Shown: positions 40,812 through 51,085 of the stretch, piece by piece | Layout of the letters: every line of letters begins with the position of its first letter | Numbering within the stretch: position 1 is the stretch's first letter | From: an uncultured Gemmatimonadaceae bacterium | GTDB taxonomy: Bacteria > Gemmatimonadota > Gemmatimonadetes > Gemmatimonadales > Gemmatimonadaceae | Length of the DNA: 64,000 nt | Assembly: GCA_963740355.1 (NCBI GenBank) | Contig: CAVUDW010000002.1 | Location: forward strand, 1,376,001 to 1,440,000 | Direction of reading: 5' to 3' | Notes under the pieces: model-generated | Seen by the model: the letters and a program-made list of their open reading frames with translations, nothing else | Database searches by the model: none | What the model was told of the DNA's origin: nothing | Program-made: the position numbers and the translations under genes

Positions 40812-41540
40812 ATGACCTGCCTCACAGTCGCTCACGCGCGCGCTGCCCTCACCGCCGCATGCGTGGTTTCCGCCGCGCTGCTCGCGCCCCACGCCGCCTT
40901 CGCTCAGGGTGGCGCCAACGAGACATCGAACAAGGTCGCGGGCGGCGGCATAACCGTGCCCGGCTGGACGGGTGTCGTGGACGCGCGCGAAGCCGCCGCA
41001 GGCCACGGCGTCAATGACGCCAAGTTCGCCGCCGAGGGTCGCGGCCTGAAGGTCACCACCGGTCCCGCCATCACGTACTGGAACCCGGCCAACGGCGCGA
41101 CCGGCAACTACACCGTGAAGGCGACGTTCACCGAAGCGAACTTCATGGGTCTCAACGATCACCCGCATCCGTACGGGATCGTGGTGGCCGGCAACGACCT
41201 CGGCACACCGAACGCGAGCTACCTGTACTGCGCCGCGTACGGCACCGGCACCTTCATCGTGCGTGGCATGGGCCCGGCGCCGTTCCAGATGAACGGTCGC
41301 GGCGAAGCGAATCCGGCCATCCACAAGGCGGCAGGCAAGGGTTCACCGGTGACGCAGGAGATCGCGGTGTCGGTGAAGGGTGACAAGCTTGAGTGCGCGA
41401 TCAATGGAACGGTCGTTGGTAGCTATGATCGGAGCGCATTGCTGGCGGCGGGGCACCTGAAGAGCCTCGATGGTGTGTGGGGTGTGCGGTTTGGGCACAA
41501 CACGGAAGCCACGGTGACTGGGCTTGGGGTGACGAAGTAG
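40812..41540 (+). CDS. hypothetical secreted beta-sandwich protein
   Basis: Signal peptide ending AFAQ; strongly host-like codon use. Confidence 0.7.
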   Translation: MTCLTVAHARAALTAACVVSAALLAPHAAFAQGGANETSNKVAGGGITVPGWTGVVDAREAAAGHGVNDAKFAAEGRGLKVTTGPAITYWNPANGATGNYTVKATFTEANFMGLNDHPHPYGIVVAGNDLGTPNASYLYCAAYGTGTFIVRGMGPAPFQMNGRGEANPAIHKAAGKGSPVTQEIAVSVKGDKLECAINGTVVGSYDRSALLAAGHLKSLDGVWGVRFGHNTEATVTGLGVTK

Positions 41541-41702
41541 TCGACCTTCGTGAATCACGTGGCGCGCGATGTGGCGCGCCGCGTGATGTCCTTCGCGCCG
41601 CCGTTGCAATTCGCGGCGATGACGAGCACCGCACCAGGAAGCGTTGCGGAGGAATTGGGGTCTGCCGTCAAGTCGGCAGAAGCGCGTGCCCGCCGCCGCA
41701 CG

Positions 41703-42248
41703 TCAAGGAGTCGGCGCATATGTCTCGCGACCGCTGCGCGCGAACCAGTGCAGCGCCATGTCGCCCTGGGCGTCCACCCATGCCCAGAAGTGATCGACTG
41801 CCGCTGGTCCTGCGTCGCGATCAAAAATGATCATCGCGTTACACATGTCTTCTGGAGAGCCGATCGGGCCCCAGAAACCAGCCCCGTAGATCGCGAAGCC
41901 CGCTGCGCGGGAGCGGTCCACGAACGCAGACAGGCATGCGGGATCCGTCCCGGGCTCCCAACCGACGAGCACCGCAGCGCCTACCGGTAACTCTTGATAG
42001 TCGTACGGGCCGAAAGGCGTGAAAGGGTGCGTCCACGTCTCTGGCTTCCCAGGCACCCAATGCGCGGGCAGGTTGGGAAAGACGTCGTGCCACGTTGCGC
42101 CAGGCTCGAGGTCACGCAGGTGTGCGAGGAACGCTGCGGCGTCTTCGTCCGAGTCACCAATCGCGAGGCCGGGCAGATCGCGGTAGTCGAGACCGAGCCG
42201 TTTGAACTCCACGACCATCGCCGCAAACGGATCAACGGGAATCGACAT
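41703..42248 (-). CDS. hypothetical protein
   Basis: 181-aa ORF with ATG and protein-like composition; no recognised motif. Confidence 0.55.
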   Translation of the reverse strand: MSIPVDPFAAMVVEFKRLGLDYRDLPGLAIGDSDEDAAAFLAHLRDLEPGATWHDVFPNLPAHWVPGKPETWTHPFTPFGPYDYQELPVGAAVLVGWEPGTDPACLSAFVDRSRAAGFAIYGAGFWGPIGSPEDMCNAMIIFDRDAGPAAVDHFWAWVDAQGDMALHWFARSGRETYAPTP

Positions 42249-42479
42249 TGGTCACGAGGTGTGCTGGGTGCAAAATGAGACAGCGGGCCGCTGCGCCGCT
42301 CTGCTCACGGCGACCGATTAAAGGTCAATCTGAGTGCAATACCCACAATCGCCCGGTCAGCAACTCGCCGCCAGGAACCGCGCGGTCTGGCTCTTCGCAT
42401 CAGGCACGCTACTGCAAATCGCGTGGCAATTCGCAACTTGACCGATCGCCGGCCCGACTCGAGCGCCGCCTCTCGTGGC

Positions 42480-42536
42480 TAAGTCGTTGCTAATAAACGC
42501 ATTGATTCGCGTCTGAGGCGCGGCAGTGATATTGCT
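42480..42536 (+). promoter_or_regulatory. IHF-like site plus sigma54 -24/-12 promoter for pilin
   Basis: TAAGTCGTTG-CTAAT-AAACGCATTG at 42480; CGGCAGTGATATTGCT (GG-N10-GC) at 42521-42536. Confidence 0.7.
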
Positions 42537-42614
42537 CTCCCCTCTGCCGAGCCCACCGGCAGAGCGCTGGCGGGTGAGCCGGTCCCTACCGACACCCACT
42601 CGAACGAGAAAGAC

Positions 42615-43019
42615 ATGCGACGCAGCATGAAGAAAGGCTTCACCCTGATCGAACTCCTGATCGTCGTCGTGATCATCGGCATCCTCGCCGCCGTGGCGAT
42701 CCCGAAGTTCTCGAATACGAAGCAGCGCGCCGCGCGCGCGGCAGGCATCTCCGACATCCGCAACCTGGCCACCGCGCAGGAGGCCTTCCGCGCCGACAGC
42801 AACCGCTACGCCGGCATGGCTGACACCGGCTCGGCCACTGGCAAGATGAACTTCACCCCGTCGAACGGAAATACGGCGCTGTTCCTGTCGGCTGGCGCTG
42901 TGGGTTGGTGGGGGTCGGTGGCCATCTCAGGCGGCCAGTCCTGCGGCATGTACCTGAACACGGCGCGTCCGGGCGTCATTCCGGCGACTGCGCGCGAAGG
43001 TGAGGCGGTTTGCTGGTAG
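42615..43019 (+). CDS. pilA: type IV pilin
   Basis: KKG/FTLIELLIVVVIIGILAAVAIPKF prepilin motif; C-terminal Cys pair. Confidence 0.9.
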   Translation: MRRSMKKGFTLIELLIVVVIIGILAAVAIPKFSNTKQRAARAAGISDIRNLATAQEAFRADSNRYAGMADTGSATGKMNFTPSNGNTALFLSAGAVGWWGSVAISGGQSCGMYLNTARPGVIPATAREGEAVCW

Positions 43020-43059
43020 TGGTGTGACTGTGTGACGGTGTGACGTAAGTCATGCGACG

Positions 43060-43095
43060 AACGGCGCGGGGGGCTTTGGCTTCTCGCGCTGTTTT
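43060..43095 (+). terminator. intrinsic terminator after pilin
   Basis: AACGGCGCGGGGGGC-TTTG-GCTTCTCGCGCTGTT followed by TT. Confidence 0.7.
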
Positions 43096-43256
43096 GTCAG
43101 CGACTCACACGAACGTTGCGAGCAGGCCCCAACTGTACGGATTCTGGTGCACATGGGCGACCTGCTGGCAAGCCGGAGGGGGACGGACCCCATGAACGAA
43201 CGACTGAAGCTCATTTCTCACCTGCGCCGCCGTACCGCAGTGACTGGCATTCGGGG

Positions 43257-43784
43257 CTAGTCGAACTCGCGCTGCGGTGCGGGCTGGTCGATCCCCGTTT
43301 GTCCGGCCGCGATCAGCGCGCGTTGATAGCTCTCGCCGCGCACGGGGGCGTGTGCCAGCCGACGGAGGAAGGTCAGCTGCCCCGTATGCGTCAGGGCGTC
43401 TGCGATGGGGCCCTGCAGGAGCTGCAACAGCACCGGCAGGTCGAGCGGCGCCGAGTGTTCGAGGATCGCGTCGAGGTCACGAATACCGGCGAAGAGCCGT
43501 TCCACATCGGCGTCCCAGGCTTGCGGTGGCTGCTCGCGCCACACCGTGCGCGCCTCGGCCGTACTGCGCGCCCACTCCAGCAGATCGCCCATGTGCGCCA
43601 GTATCTCGGCCGGAGTCCGAGAGGTGGGGCCAACGCGCAACGTGGCGAAATCAGGTGGGACGCCGCGGACTGCCTTCGACGCGCGGTAGGCCAGGGTCGC
43701 CAGACTGTGGCGGATGACGGCATTGGCCTCGCGCGAAGCGTCGGCGGCTGGTGTGGGGGGCACGGTGGGCGAATCGCTGTGCAT
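43257..43784 (-). CDS. DinB-like protein
   Basis: RHSLATLAYR, RTPAEILAHMGDL, QGPIADALTHTGQL. Confidence 0.8.
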   Translation of the reverse strand: MHSDSPTVPPTPAADASREANAVIRHSLATLAYRASKAVRGVPPDFATLRVGPTSRTPAEILAHMGDLLEWARSTAEARTVWREQPPQAWDADVERLFAGIRDLDAILEHSAPLDLPVLLQLLQGPIADALTHTGQLTFLRRLAHAPVRGESYQRALIAAGQTGIDQPAPQREFD

Positions 43785-44163
43785 GTCGCGAGACTGTCGA
43801 GGGAGGGTATTGGGCGGCACTCGAACGAGACGGGATTCTACCCGATGCGTGCGAACGAAAACTACTTCCGAATGCTGGCCGTCGGTCCGTTGGTCAGCTG
43901 CAGCGGATGACAATGAAGGCTGTAGACGCTCACCTCTGACCGAAGTCGCGCGACTGAGCGCTCCCACTCCACCTCGACGGCGTAGCGGCTTCGCGGGTTC
44001 AGCCAGAGTTGTCGCGACGTTCTGCAGAACGGCCGAAGCGATGCCCCCGCTGCCGCGAGTGTCCTATCGTGTGAGCGTCACGGTCGTGCGTTCATTCAAA
44101 CTCCTTGCGCAACGCGCGCCAACGATTTGAGATACTGCTGCATGAGAGCCCCCTGCTCGACGA

Positions 44164-44547
44164 CTAGTTCGCCTTGTTGAACATGTAGCGGGCAATCTTC
44201 CACACGCCGCTGACGTGGCGGAAAATGAAGAGTTCGCGGTTCGCCTCCGCGCTCGTCACATCCGTTGCGAGGATGGTCTGCGTACCCGCGCTGCGCGTCA
44301 ATGCGTAGGCCGCGTCGGTCGCCACAACCTCCAGCTCGTCGATCGTGAAGGTGACAGCCAACCGAATGGCGCCGAACACCTGTCGGTACGCGGCTTCCAG
44401 ATGATCGCCTGCGGCGGTCGGCAGGGTCGTGGGCAGAAAGATCCCGTCAGCGGTATAGCATGATGCAGCCAAGGCCGCGTCGCTCATATTGAGTGCCGCT
44501 TCGTAGGTCTGGAGCAGAGCGCGAAGTTCGGTATCGGCGGATGTCAT
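44164..44547 (-). CDS. SnoaL/NTF2-like protein
   Basis: YEAALN, YTADG, ANRELFIF, WKIARYMFN. Confidence 0.85.
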   Translation of the reverse strand: MTSADTELRALLQTYEAALNMSDAALAASCYTADGIFLPTTLPTAAGDHLEAAYRQVFGAIRLAVTFTIDELEVVATDAAYALTRSAGTQTILATDVTSAEANRELFIFRHVSGVWKIARYMFNKAN

Positions 44548-44570
44548 GGTTGTATCCTCTCGTCTCGGTG

Positions 44571-44619
44571 TATATTACATGGAATCTACTTGGAGCACAA
44601 ACCATATTCCGCGGAATAT
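44571..44619. promoter_or_regulatory. putative MarR operators
   Basis: Perfect palindrome ATATTCCGCGGAATAT (44604-44619) and imperfect copy TATATTACATGGAATCTA (44571-44588) between divergent genes. Confidence 0.7.
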
Positions 44620-44636
44620 ATCCTGTCAAGACGCCG

Positions 44637-45086
44637 ATGCACCCACCCCTGACGGAGATCTTTAGCGATCTGGTCCGGCTCGAAACCGAGCTGTGGGACG
44701 TGCTCGAAGGCGAGCTACGCGCCAAGCACGGCCTCCTCCTGTCCTGGTTTGAGCCGATGCAGGTCATCGCGCGGACGCCGCACTGCCGGGTCCACGACAT
44801 CGCGACAGCGCTGGCGATTACCGTGGGCGGGACGAGCAAGCTCGTGGATCGCATCGAGGAGGCCGGGTGGTGTGAGCGGGGGCTCAACCCGCTGGACAGC
44901 CGTTCATCTGTGATCGCGTTGACAGCGCGCGGACGACGGCTGCTGAGTGTCGCGGAGCGCACGACCGCTGATGAACTCGCACGAGTGATTGGAACCGCGC
45001 TATCGTCCGACGACTTGACGCAGTTTTCCGCCATGCTGCACCAGTTGCGCGTGGCGGTACACGCCGCGAGGCGAGCGCACGTGTAG
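44637..45086 (+). CDS. MarR family transcriptional regulator
   Basis: RVHDIA...GGTSKLVDRIE..G..R, DSRSSVIALTARG. Confidence 0.9.
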   Translation: MHPPLTEIFSDLVRLETELWDVLEGELRAKHGLLLSWFEPMQVIARTPHCRVHDIATALAITVGGTSKLVDRIEEAGWCERGLNPLDSRSSVIALTARGRRLLSVAERTTADELARVIGTALSSDDLTQFSAMLHQLRVAVHAARRAHV

Positions 45087-45656
45087 ACGCCCCGGGCGGC
45101 TGTGCATTGCGTGCAGGCACGGCGATTGACTCGACCTCAACGCGCGTTGGGCGCGAGACACCCGGAGCACATTCACCACAAATGCTCGCGGTCTCGTAAA
45201 CTTACGAGTCGAAAGCGCGAGCTGCCCATCGTCCCTCAGCCCGGCCTAGTGCTTGTTCGTCCACGGGGGACGTTGGCGAGGAACATCCGACCGCAACGCA
45301 GCACAACAGTCCGACGACTGCACCAACGCGATAGCGTGTCATACGTGAGCTACTCCGAGGTCGCATTCCACGTCACATCTGCATCGCAGTGCTGCCTAAC
45401 GACCAGGGTTCTGCTGCAAAGTGGGCACCTGGTCGTTATCGAGCTCACAAATCGTCCGCCACTTCGTCAGCAACAGCACGCGGACCAGAAAAACATGCGT
45501 CGCAGCATGAAGCGCGCTGTGCGTCCGTCCGGCGCCCACGTCGCACGGAATGCCTCACCGCCATCGGCGCAGCTCTCCACCAACAGGCCGCTCTGCCCTC
45601 CAGACGCCGGTACCAGTCCGATGCCGTCGGGAGCGTGAAAGGCCGGCTGCCCAAAC

Positions 45657-46772
45657 TCAGGTGTGCTGCCCAATCGCCAGCGCCAGACGTCGCACCCCCT
45701 CCACCAACTCGTCTGCGTCGTAGTGCGCGAAGCTCAGACGCGCCGAGTGCGGGAATGTGCCGCCACGCACGAATCGCGCGCCTGGATGAAACGTCACGCC
45801 GTATCTGGTCGCGATGTTGAGCAATTCCGCGGCCAAGATACTGCCAGGAAACTGCAGCCACACGAAGTAGCCACCGCGAGGTTCGACGAAGTTGGTCTGC
45901 GGCAGCTGCGTGCATAACGCGTCGCTCAAGGCGACGGCCCGAGCGGCGTGCGCGCTGCGCAGGGTGTCGAGCACCGTGTCTGCCAGTCCCATGTCGATGA
46001 GACTCTTCACGACGCCCGCTGCGAACGGATTGAGGCCTCCGCCGCTCTGTACCACGCCGGATTGTGTGAGGGTGTCGAGCAGCGCGGGCGCGCCGTGTAT
46101 CCAGCCCAATCGCAAACCGGGCGCGCAGATCTTGGAGAACGACCCGAGTGAGAGGACGCGGTCGGCGCCCGCATAGGTGGCGAGCGGTGGCGGCGGCGCG
46201 GCGCCGAAATCGAGCAGCTGGTACACCTCGTCCGCCACGACCAGCAGCTCGTGCTCGCGGCTGAGGGCGATGAGCTGCTCGCGTCGCTCGGCCGACATCG
46301 TTACGCCCGATGGATTCTGGAACGACGGAATGGTGTACAGCAGCGCCGCACGATGTTGCGTGAGCGCAGTACGCAGCGCATCGATGCGCAGGCCATCGTG
46401 GTCGATAGGGATGCCGACGACGCGCAGCCCATGATCACGAAAGATGTCGAGCGCGAGGAAGTAGGTCGGCTCTTCGACGAAGATCGTGTCGCCCGGCCGA
46501 GTGAAGCGCGTGCAGACGAGATCGAGCGCCTGCGAGATGCCAGCCGAGACGATGAGATGGCTCGTTTGGACTGGCGCCGCGTAGCGACGCGTCAGGAAGT
46601 CCGCGAGCGAGGTGCGAAAGCCCTCGTCGCCCGGATCGACGCCATATTGCAGCAGTGTGGCATCGCCCTGCGCCAGCGCGTGATCGGCGGCGACGCGCAG
46701 CGCTTCAACCGGAAGCAGCGACAGCGACGGCTGGCCGTTGCCGAAGTCGATGACGGTGTCCGTCGTGATCAC
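45657..46772 (-). CDS. PLP-dependent aminotransferase class I/II
   Basis: EEPTY, FQNPSG, ADEVY, GSFSKICAPGLRLGW, RLSFA. Confidence 0.92.
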   Translation of the reverse strand: MITTDTVIDFGNGQPSLSLLPVEALRVAADHALAQGDATLLQYGVDPGDEGFRTSLADFLTRRYAAPVQTSHLIVSAGISQALDLVCTRFTRPGDTIFVEEPTYFLALDIFRDHGLRVVGIPIDHDGLRIDALRTALTQHRAALLYTIPSFQNPSGVTMSAERREQLIALSREHELLVVADEVYQLLDFGAAPPPPLATYAGADRVLSLGSFSKICAPGLRLGWIHGAPALLDTLTQSGVVQSGGGLNPFAAGVVKSLIDMGLADTVLDTLRSAHAARAVALSDALCTQLPQTNFVEPRGGYFVWLQFPGSILAAELLNIATRYGVTFHPGARFVRGGTFPHSARLSFAHYDADELVEGVRRLALAIGQHT

Positions 46773-46964
46773 AGTCCCATCGCGCGCAGGAGTTCAGGAG
46801 GGCGCCGGTGTGCGCCGAGAGGAAACGTCGCCCGGAGATCCGGCGCGACGGAAGGTATGGCAGGGCGGGGCATGCCGCTCCCACGTCGCCGCCCCCGTAT
46901 CGTATCCTTCCTTCGCGCCCCCACGCTGGGAATTCTGCGCCCCGCACCTATCGTCTGGAGCCAC

Positions 46965-48266
46965 ATGGTCAGCCGCCGCGAACGTCGCCTTCACGCCCCG
47001 TCCCTCTGCAGTGCCACGCTGCTCGCGTTTCTCGGCGTCACGACAGCCAGTGCGCAACGGCCGGCCGCCGACCCGCTCGCCCACGCGAAGGCGCTGCTCG
47101 CCACCACGCCATTGGTCGACGGCCACAATGACCTGCCGTGGGCGATTCGCGAATCGAAGAGCGCACCACGTGACATCGAGGCCTACGACCTGCGCAAGCG
47201 CACCCCGCACCAGACGGACCTCGCCCGCATGAAGGCCGGTCACCTCGGCGGGCAGTTCTGGTCGGTCTACATCCCCGGCGAGATCCGCGACAGCGGCTAT
47301 GCGCGCGTGCAACTCGAGCAGATCGACATCGCGCGCCGCGTGATCGCGAAGTACCCCGAGCTACTGATGCCGGCCAGCACCGCCGCCGACGTACGCCGCG
47401 CTTTCAAGCTCGGCAAGGTGGGATCGATGCTCGGCATGGAAGGCGGGCACGCCATCGAGAACTCGCTCGGCGCGCTTCGCACGTACTACGACATGGGCGT
47501 GCGCTACATGACGCTCACGCACAACGTCACCCTCGACTGGGCCGACGCCGCGCTCGACAGCTCAAAGCACGGTGGCCTCACACCGTTCGGGCGTGAGGTT
47601 GTGCGCGAGATGAATCGCACCGGCATGCTGGTGGACCTGTCGCATGTCTCACCCGGCGTGATGAGCAACGCGCTCGACGTGGCCGAGGCGCCGGTGATCT
47701 TCTCGCACTCGGCCGCGCGCGGGCTGGTCGAACATCCCCGCAACGTGCCGGACTCCATCCTGCGCCGCCTGCCGCGCAATGGGGGAGTGGTGATGGTGCC
47801 GTTCGTGACGAGCTTCACGTCGCCGGCGGTCCGCGCGCATGATGTCGCACGTGACAGCGCCGTGCGTGCGATCCGCGCTGCGACCGGCAGCGACACGACC
47901 GCCGCGCGAACGGCACTGCGCGCGTGGGAATTGTCGCACCCTGCTCCCAAAGCGACGCTCAGCGACGTGGCCAATCACATTGAGTACGTGCGCAAGGTCG
48001 CCGGCGTGAACCACGTCGGCATCGGTTCGGATTTCGATGGCGTCGATGACGACCTGCCCGTCGGGCTCGAGGACCAGTCCACGTATCCCGCACTGTTCGC
48101 GGAGTTGATCCGCCGTGGCTGGAGCGATGCCGACCTGCGCAAGCTGGCCGGCGAGAACGTGCTGCGCGCGCTGTCGCAGGCCGAGGTGGTGGCGAAGCGG
48201 CTGCAACGCGCACGGCCGGCGTCGACGCGCACCATCCGCGACATGGACACCCCGCTGCATCCGTAG
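46965..48266 (+). CDS. membrane dipeptidase (peptidase M19)
   Basis: DGHNDLP, GMEGGH, LTHN, DLSHVS, FSHS, GIGSDFDG; signal peptide. Confidence 0.93.
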   Translation: MVSRRERRLHAPSLCSATLLAFLGVTTASAQRPAADPLAHAKALLATTPLVDGHNDLPWAIRESKSAPRDIEAYDLRKRTPHQTDLARMKAGHLGGQFWSVYIPGEIRDSGYARVQLEQIDIARRVIAKYPELLMPASTAADVRRAFKLGKVGSMLGMEGGHAIENSLGALRTYYDMGVRYMTLTHNVTLDWADAALDSSKHGGLTPFGREVVREMNRTGMLVDLSHVSPGVMSNALDVAEAPVIFSHSAARGLVEHPRNVPDSILRRLPRNGGVVMVPFVTSFTSPAVRAHDVARDSAVRAIRAATGSDTTAARTALRAWELSHPAPKATLSDVANHIEYVRKVAGVNHVGIGSDFDGVDDDLPVGLEDQSTYPALFAELIRRGWSDADLRKLAGENVLRALSQAEVVAKRLQRARPASTRTIRDMDTPLHP

Positions 48267-48299
48267 CAGTCCCACACCTGGCACGCGGGGCACGAGACC

Positions 48300-49166
48300 A
48301 TGACGGTGGTGATCGGCATCTTCATGGCGCTGGCGGCGGTGACACTCACCTACGTCGGCGTCCTCGCCAGATGGCTGCGACGATCGCGCGCGGACGGTGC
48401 GCCGTCGCCGGTGCCGTCAGCGGGCCAGCTGGCGCTCGGCTTCGTCACCAACTTCTTCGACACACTCGGCATCGGCTCGTTCGCCACGACGACGGCCGGG
48501 TTCAAGTTCTGGAAGATGCTGCCGGACGAGCTCATTCCCGGTACGCTGAACGTCGGTCACACGGCGAGCTCGGTGATGCAGGCGTTCATCTTCATCATCG
48601 CCATCCAGATGGACCCGCTGACGCTGATCCTGCTCCTGGCGAGCGCCGCGTGTGGTGCCTGGTTCGGCGCCGGTCTCGTGGCTGGCCTGCCGAGGCGGTC
48701 GGTGCAACTCGGCATGGGCACCGCACTCCTGGTGTCGGCGAGTGTGATGACACTCAGCCAACTCAACCTCCTGCCCGTCGGCGGCGCCGCGCTCGCGCTG
48801 CATGGCTGGAAGCTCGCCGTCGGCGTTGGCGGCAACTTCGTGCTCGGTGCGCTGATGACGCTCGGCATCGGCATGTATGCGCCGTGCATGATGCTCGTGA
48901 GCCTGCTCGGCATGAACCCGTCGGTGGCATTCCCGATCATGATGGGGTCGTGCGCGTTCCTGATGCCGGTGGCCAGCCTGCGGTTCATCGAGCGCAGCGC
49001 GTTCCAGCCGCGCGTGGCGATGGGACTCGCCATCGGCGGCGTGTTCGCGGTGCCGTTGGCGGCATTCGTCGTGAAGTCGCTGCCGCTGACGGTGCTGCGG
49101 TGGGTGGTGATCGTGGTGGTGGTGTATGCGGCGGTGTTGATGTTGCGGTCGGCGAGGACACGATGA
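48300..49166 (+). CDS. TauE/SafE family permease
   Basis: NFFDTLGIGSFA, PGTLNVG, GIGMYAPC, FPIMMGSCAFL. Confidence 0.88.
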   Translation: MTVVIGIFMALAAVTLTYVGVLARWLRRSRADGAPSPVPSAGQLALGFVTNFFDTLGIGSFATTTAGFKFWKMLPDELIPGTLNVGHTASSVMQAFIFIIAIQMDPLTLILLLASAACGAWFGAGLVAGLPRRSVQLGMGTALLVSASVMTLSQLNLLPVGGAALALHGWKLAVGVGGNFVLGALMTLGIGMYAPCMMLVSLLGMNPSVAFPIMMGSCAFLMPVASLRFIERSAFQPRVAMGLAIGGVFAVPLAAFVVKSLPLTVLRWVVIVVVVYAAVLMLRSARTR

Positions 49167-50998
49167 TGGACGCGCGGTGGGTGCGATCCGCTGTGAGGAC
49201 GGCGGCGTTGCTGATGCCGCTGCTGACCGAGACGGCGATCGCGCAGGCGCCCGCATCGCCTGCGCCCCGTCAACGGACCTACGCCAACCCGATCGACATC
49301 GACTACCGCTACAACTTCGAGCAGCTCAATCAGGGCATCTCGTATCGCTCGGGCGCCGACCCGGTCATCGTGGTGCAACGCGGCAAGTACTATCTGTTCG
49401 AGACACTCGGTGGCGGCTACTGGGAGTCGAGTGACCTGGGCACGTGGCGACACATCACGCCGACACGCTGGCCGATCAACGACATCGTAGCGCCCTCGGC
49501 GCTCTCGGTGCGCGACACGATCTACCTGCTGCCCAGCACCACGAGTCCGCTCCCCATCCTGATGCTGCCGCAGGCCGGCACGGGACGCGTCGAGTTCTAT
49601 AACCGCCTGATGCCATGGCTGCCGATGGCGCGCGATCGTGAAGGACTCACCCTCGCTAGGCCGGATTCGGCGCAGCCCGGTCCGTGGGACGCGCAGTTCT
49701 TCCACGATCCCGACACGGAGCGGTGGTTCCTGTACTGGAACTCGTCGAACGTGTATCCCTTGCATGGAATCGAGTTGGACAAGGGCAAGCGCCTCGTCTA
49801 CGAGGGCACACCGAAGTGGCTGTTCGGCCTCGACCCGACACGGCATGGATGGGAACGATTCGGCCGCGACCATCGCGACACCACCATCGCGCCTTTCATC
49901 GAGGGCGCGTGGATGACCAAGCATCGTGGCAAGTACTATCTGCAATACGGTGCACCGGGGACGGAGTACAACGGCTACGCCACCGGCACCTACGTCGGTG
50001 ATGACCCACTCGGCCCGTTCACCTACGCGCCCTACAATCCCGTCGCGTACAAGCCCGGTGGCTTCGTGCAGGGGGCAGGGCATGGCAACACGTTCCAGGA
50101 TGTGCACGGCAACTGGTGGAACACCGGAACGCCGTGGATCGGCGTGAACTGGAACTTCGAGCGCCGCATCGGGCTGCATCCGGCCGGGTTCGACGCCGAC
50201 GGCCAGATGTATGTGGATACTCGGTTCGGTGACTATCCCCACTGGCTCCCCGGCAAGGCCTGGCGCACCAGCGACGAACTGTTCACGGGCTGGATGCTGC
50301 TGTCGTATCGCAAGCCGGTCACCGCGTCCTCGGCGCGCGACAGCTTCCCCGCCGCCACGATCACCGACGAGAATCCGCGCACCTACTGGGTGGCCGCGCA
50401 GAACCGTCCCGGTGCATGGCTCACGATCGACCTCGGATCGGCGTTCGACGTGAAGGCGATCCAGGTGAACTATGCCGACTACAAGTCCGGTCTGTATGGC
50501 ACCGATTCCACCGGCGTCACGCAGTTCCGTCTGCAGCTGTCACGGGACGGCAGGACGTGGCGCACCGCCGCCGATCTCTCGCGTGAACGACGCGATCGCC
50601 CGAATGCCTACGTCGAGCTGCGCGCAGCGGTGCGTGCGCGCTACGTGCGCTACGAGCACGTACACGTCGGCGCCGCCAACCTCGCCATCAGTGACATTCG
50701 CGTGTTCGGCAACGGATCCGGGCCGAGGCCGGTCACGCCGGCGGGATTGCGCGCGCAGCGCGACCGCGACGAGCGCAATGCAGTGATCAGCTGGGACGCC
50801 GTTCCGGGGGCCACCGGCTACAACGTGCGGTGGGGCATCACGCCCGAAAAGCTGTACCAGACGTACCAGCGCTTCTCCGACCAGGGGAGCACGTTCGAAC
50901 TGCGCGCGCTGTCGCTCGGCGTGAACTACTGGGTGGCGATCGAGAGCTTCAACGAGCAAGGAGTCTCGACGCTGAGTGCGCCGGTCCCGATCCGGTAG
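49163..50998 (+). CDS. GH43 glycoside hydrolase with F5/8 (CBM32-like) and FN3 domains
   Basis: YRSGADP, EGAWMTKH, YYLQYGAPGTE, GAGHG, LTIDLG; signal peptide. Confidence 0.87.
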   Translation: MMDARWVRSAVRTAALLMPLLTETAIAQAPASPAPRQRTYANPIDIDYRYNFEQLNQGISYRSGADPVIVVQRGKYYLFETLGGGYWESSDLGTWRHITPTRWPINDIVAPSALSVRDTIYLLPSTTSPLPILMLPQAGTGRVEFYNRLMPWLPMARDREGLTLARPDSAQPGPWDAQFFHDPDTERWFLYWNSSNVYPLHGIELDKGKRLVYEGTPKWLFGLDPTRHGWERFGRDHRDTTIAPFIEGAWMTKHRGKYYLQYGAPGTEYNGYATGTYVGDDPLGPFTYAPYNPVAYKPGGFVQGAGHGNTFQDVHGNWWNTGTPWIGVNWNFERRIGLHPAGFDADGQMYVDTRFGDYPHWLPGKAWRTSDELFTGWMLLSYRKPVTASSARDSFPAATITDENPRTYWVAAQNRPGAWLTIDLGSAFDVKAIQVNYADYKSGLYGTDSTGVTQFRLQLSRDGRTWRTAADLSRERRDRPNAYVELRAAVRARYVRYEHVHVGAANLAISDIRVFGNGSGPRPVTPAGLRAQRDRDERNAVISWDAVPGATGYNVRWGITPEKLYQTYQRFSDQGSTFELRALSLGVNYWVAIESFNEQGVSTLSAPVPIR

Positions 50999-51085
50999 CA
51001 CGACCTGACGGTCGGCGCCGGCGGGCGACGTGTCGAGCGTCACCAATGTCCCCATGGCACGCAATGTCGGACGTACATTCCCGGC

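Noticed and set aside
42401..42417. Second sigma54 promoter AGGCACGCTACTGCA
   Set aside because: GG-GC spacing is 9 nt, not 10
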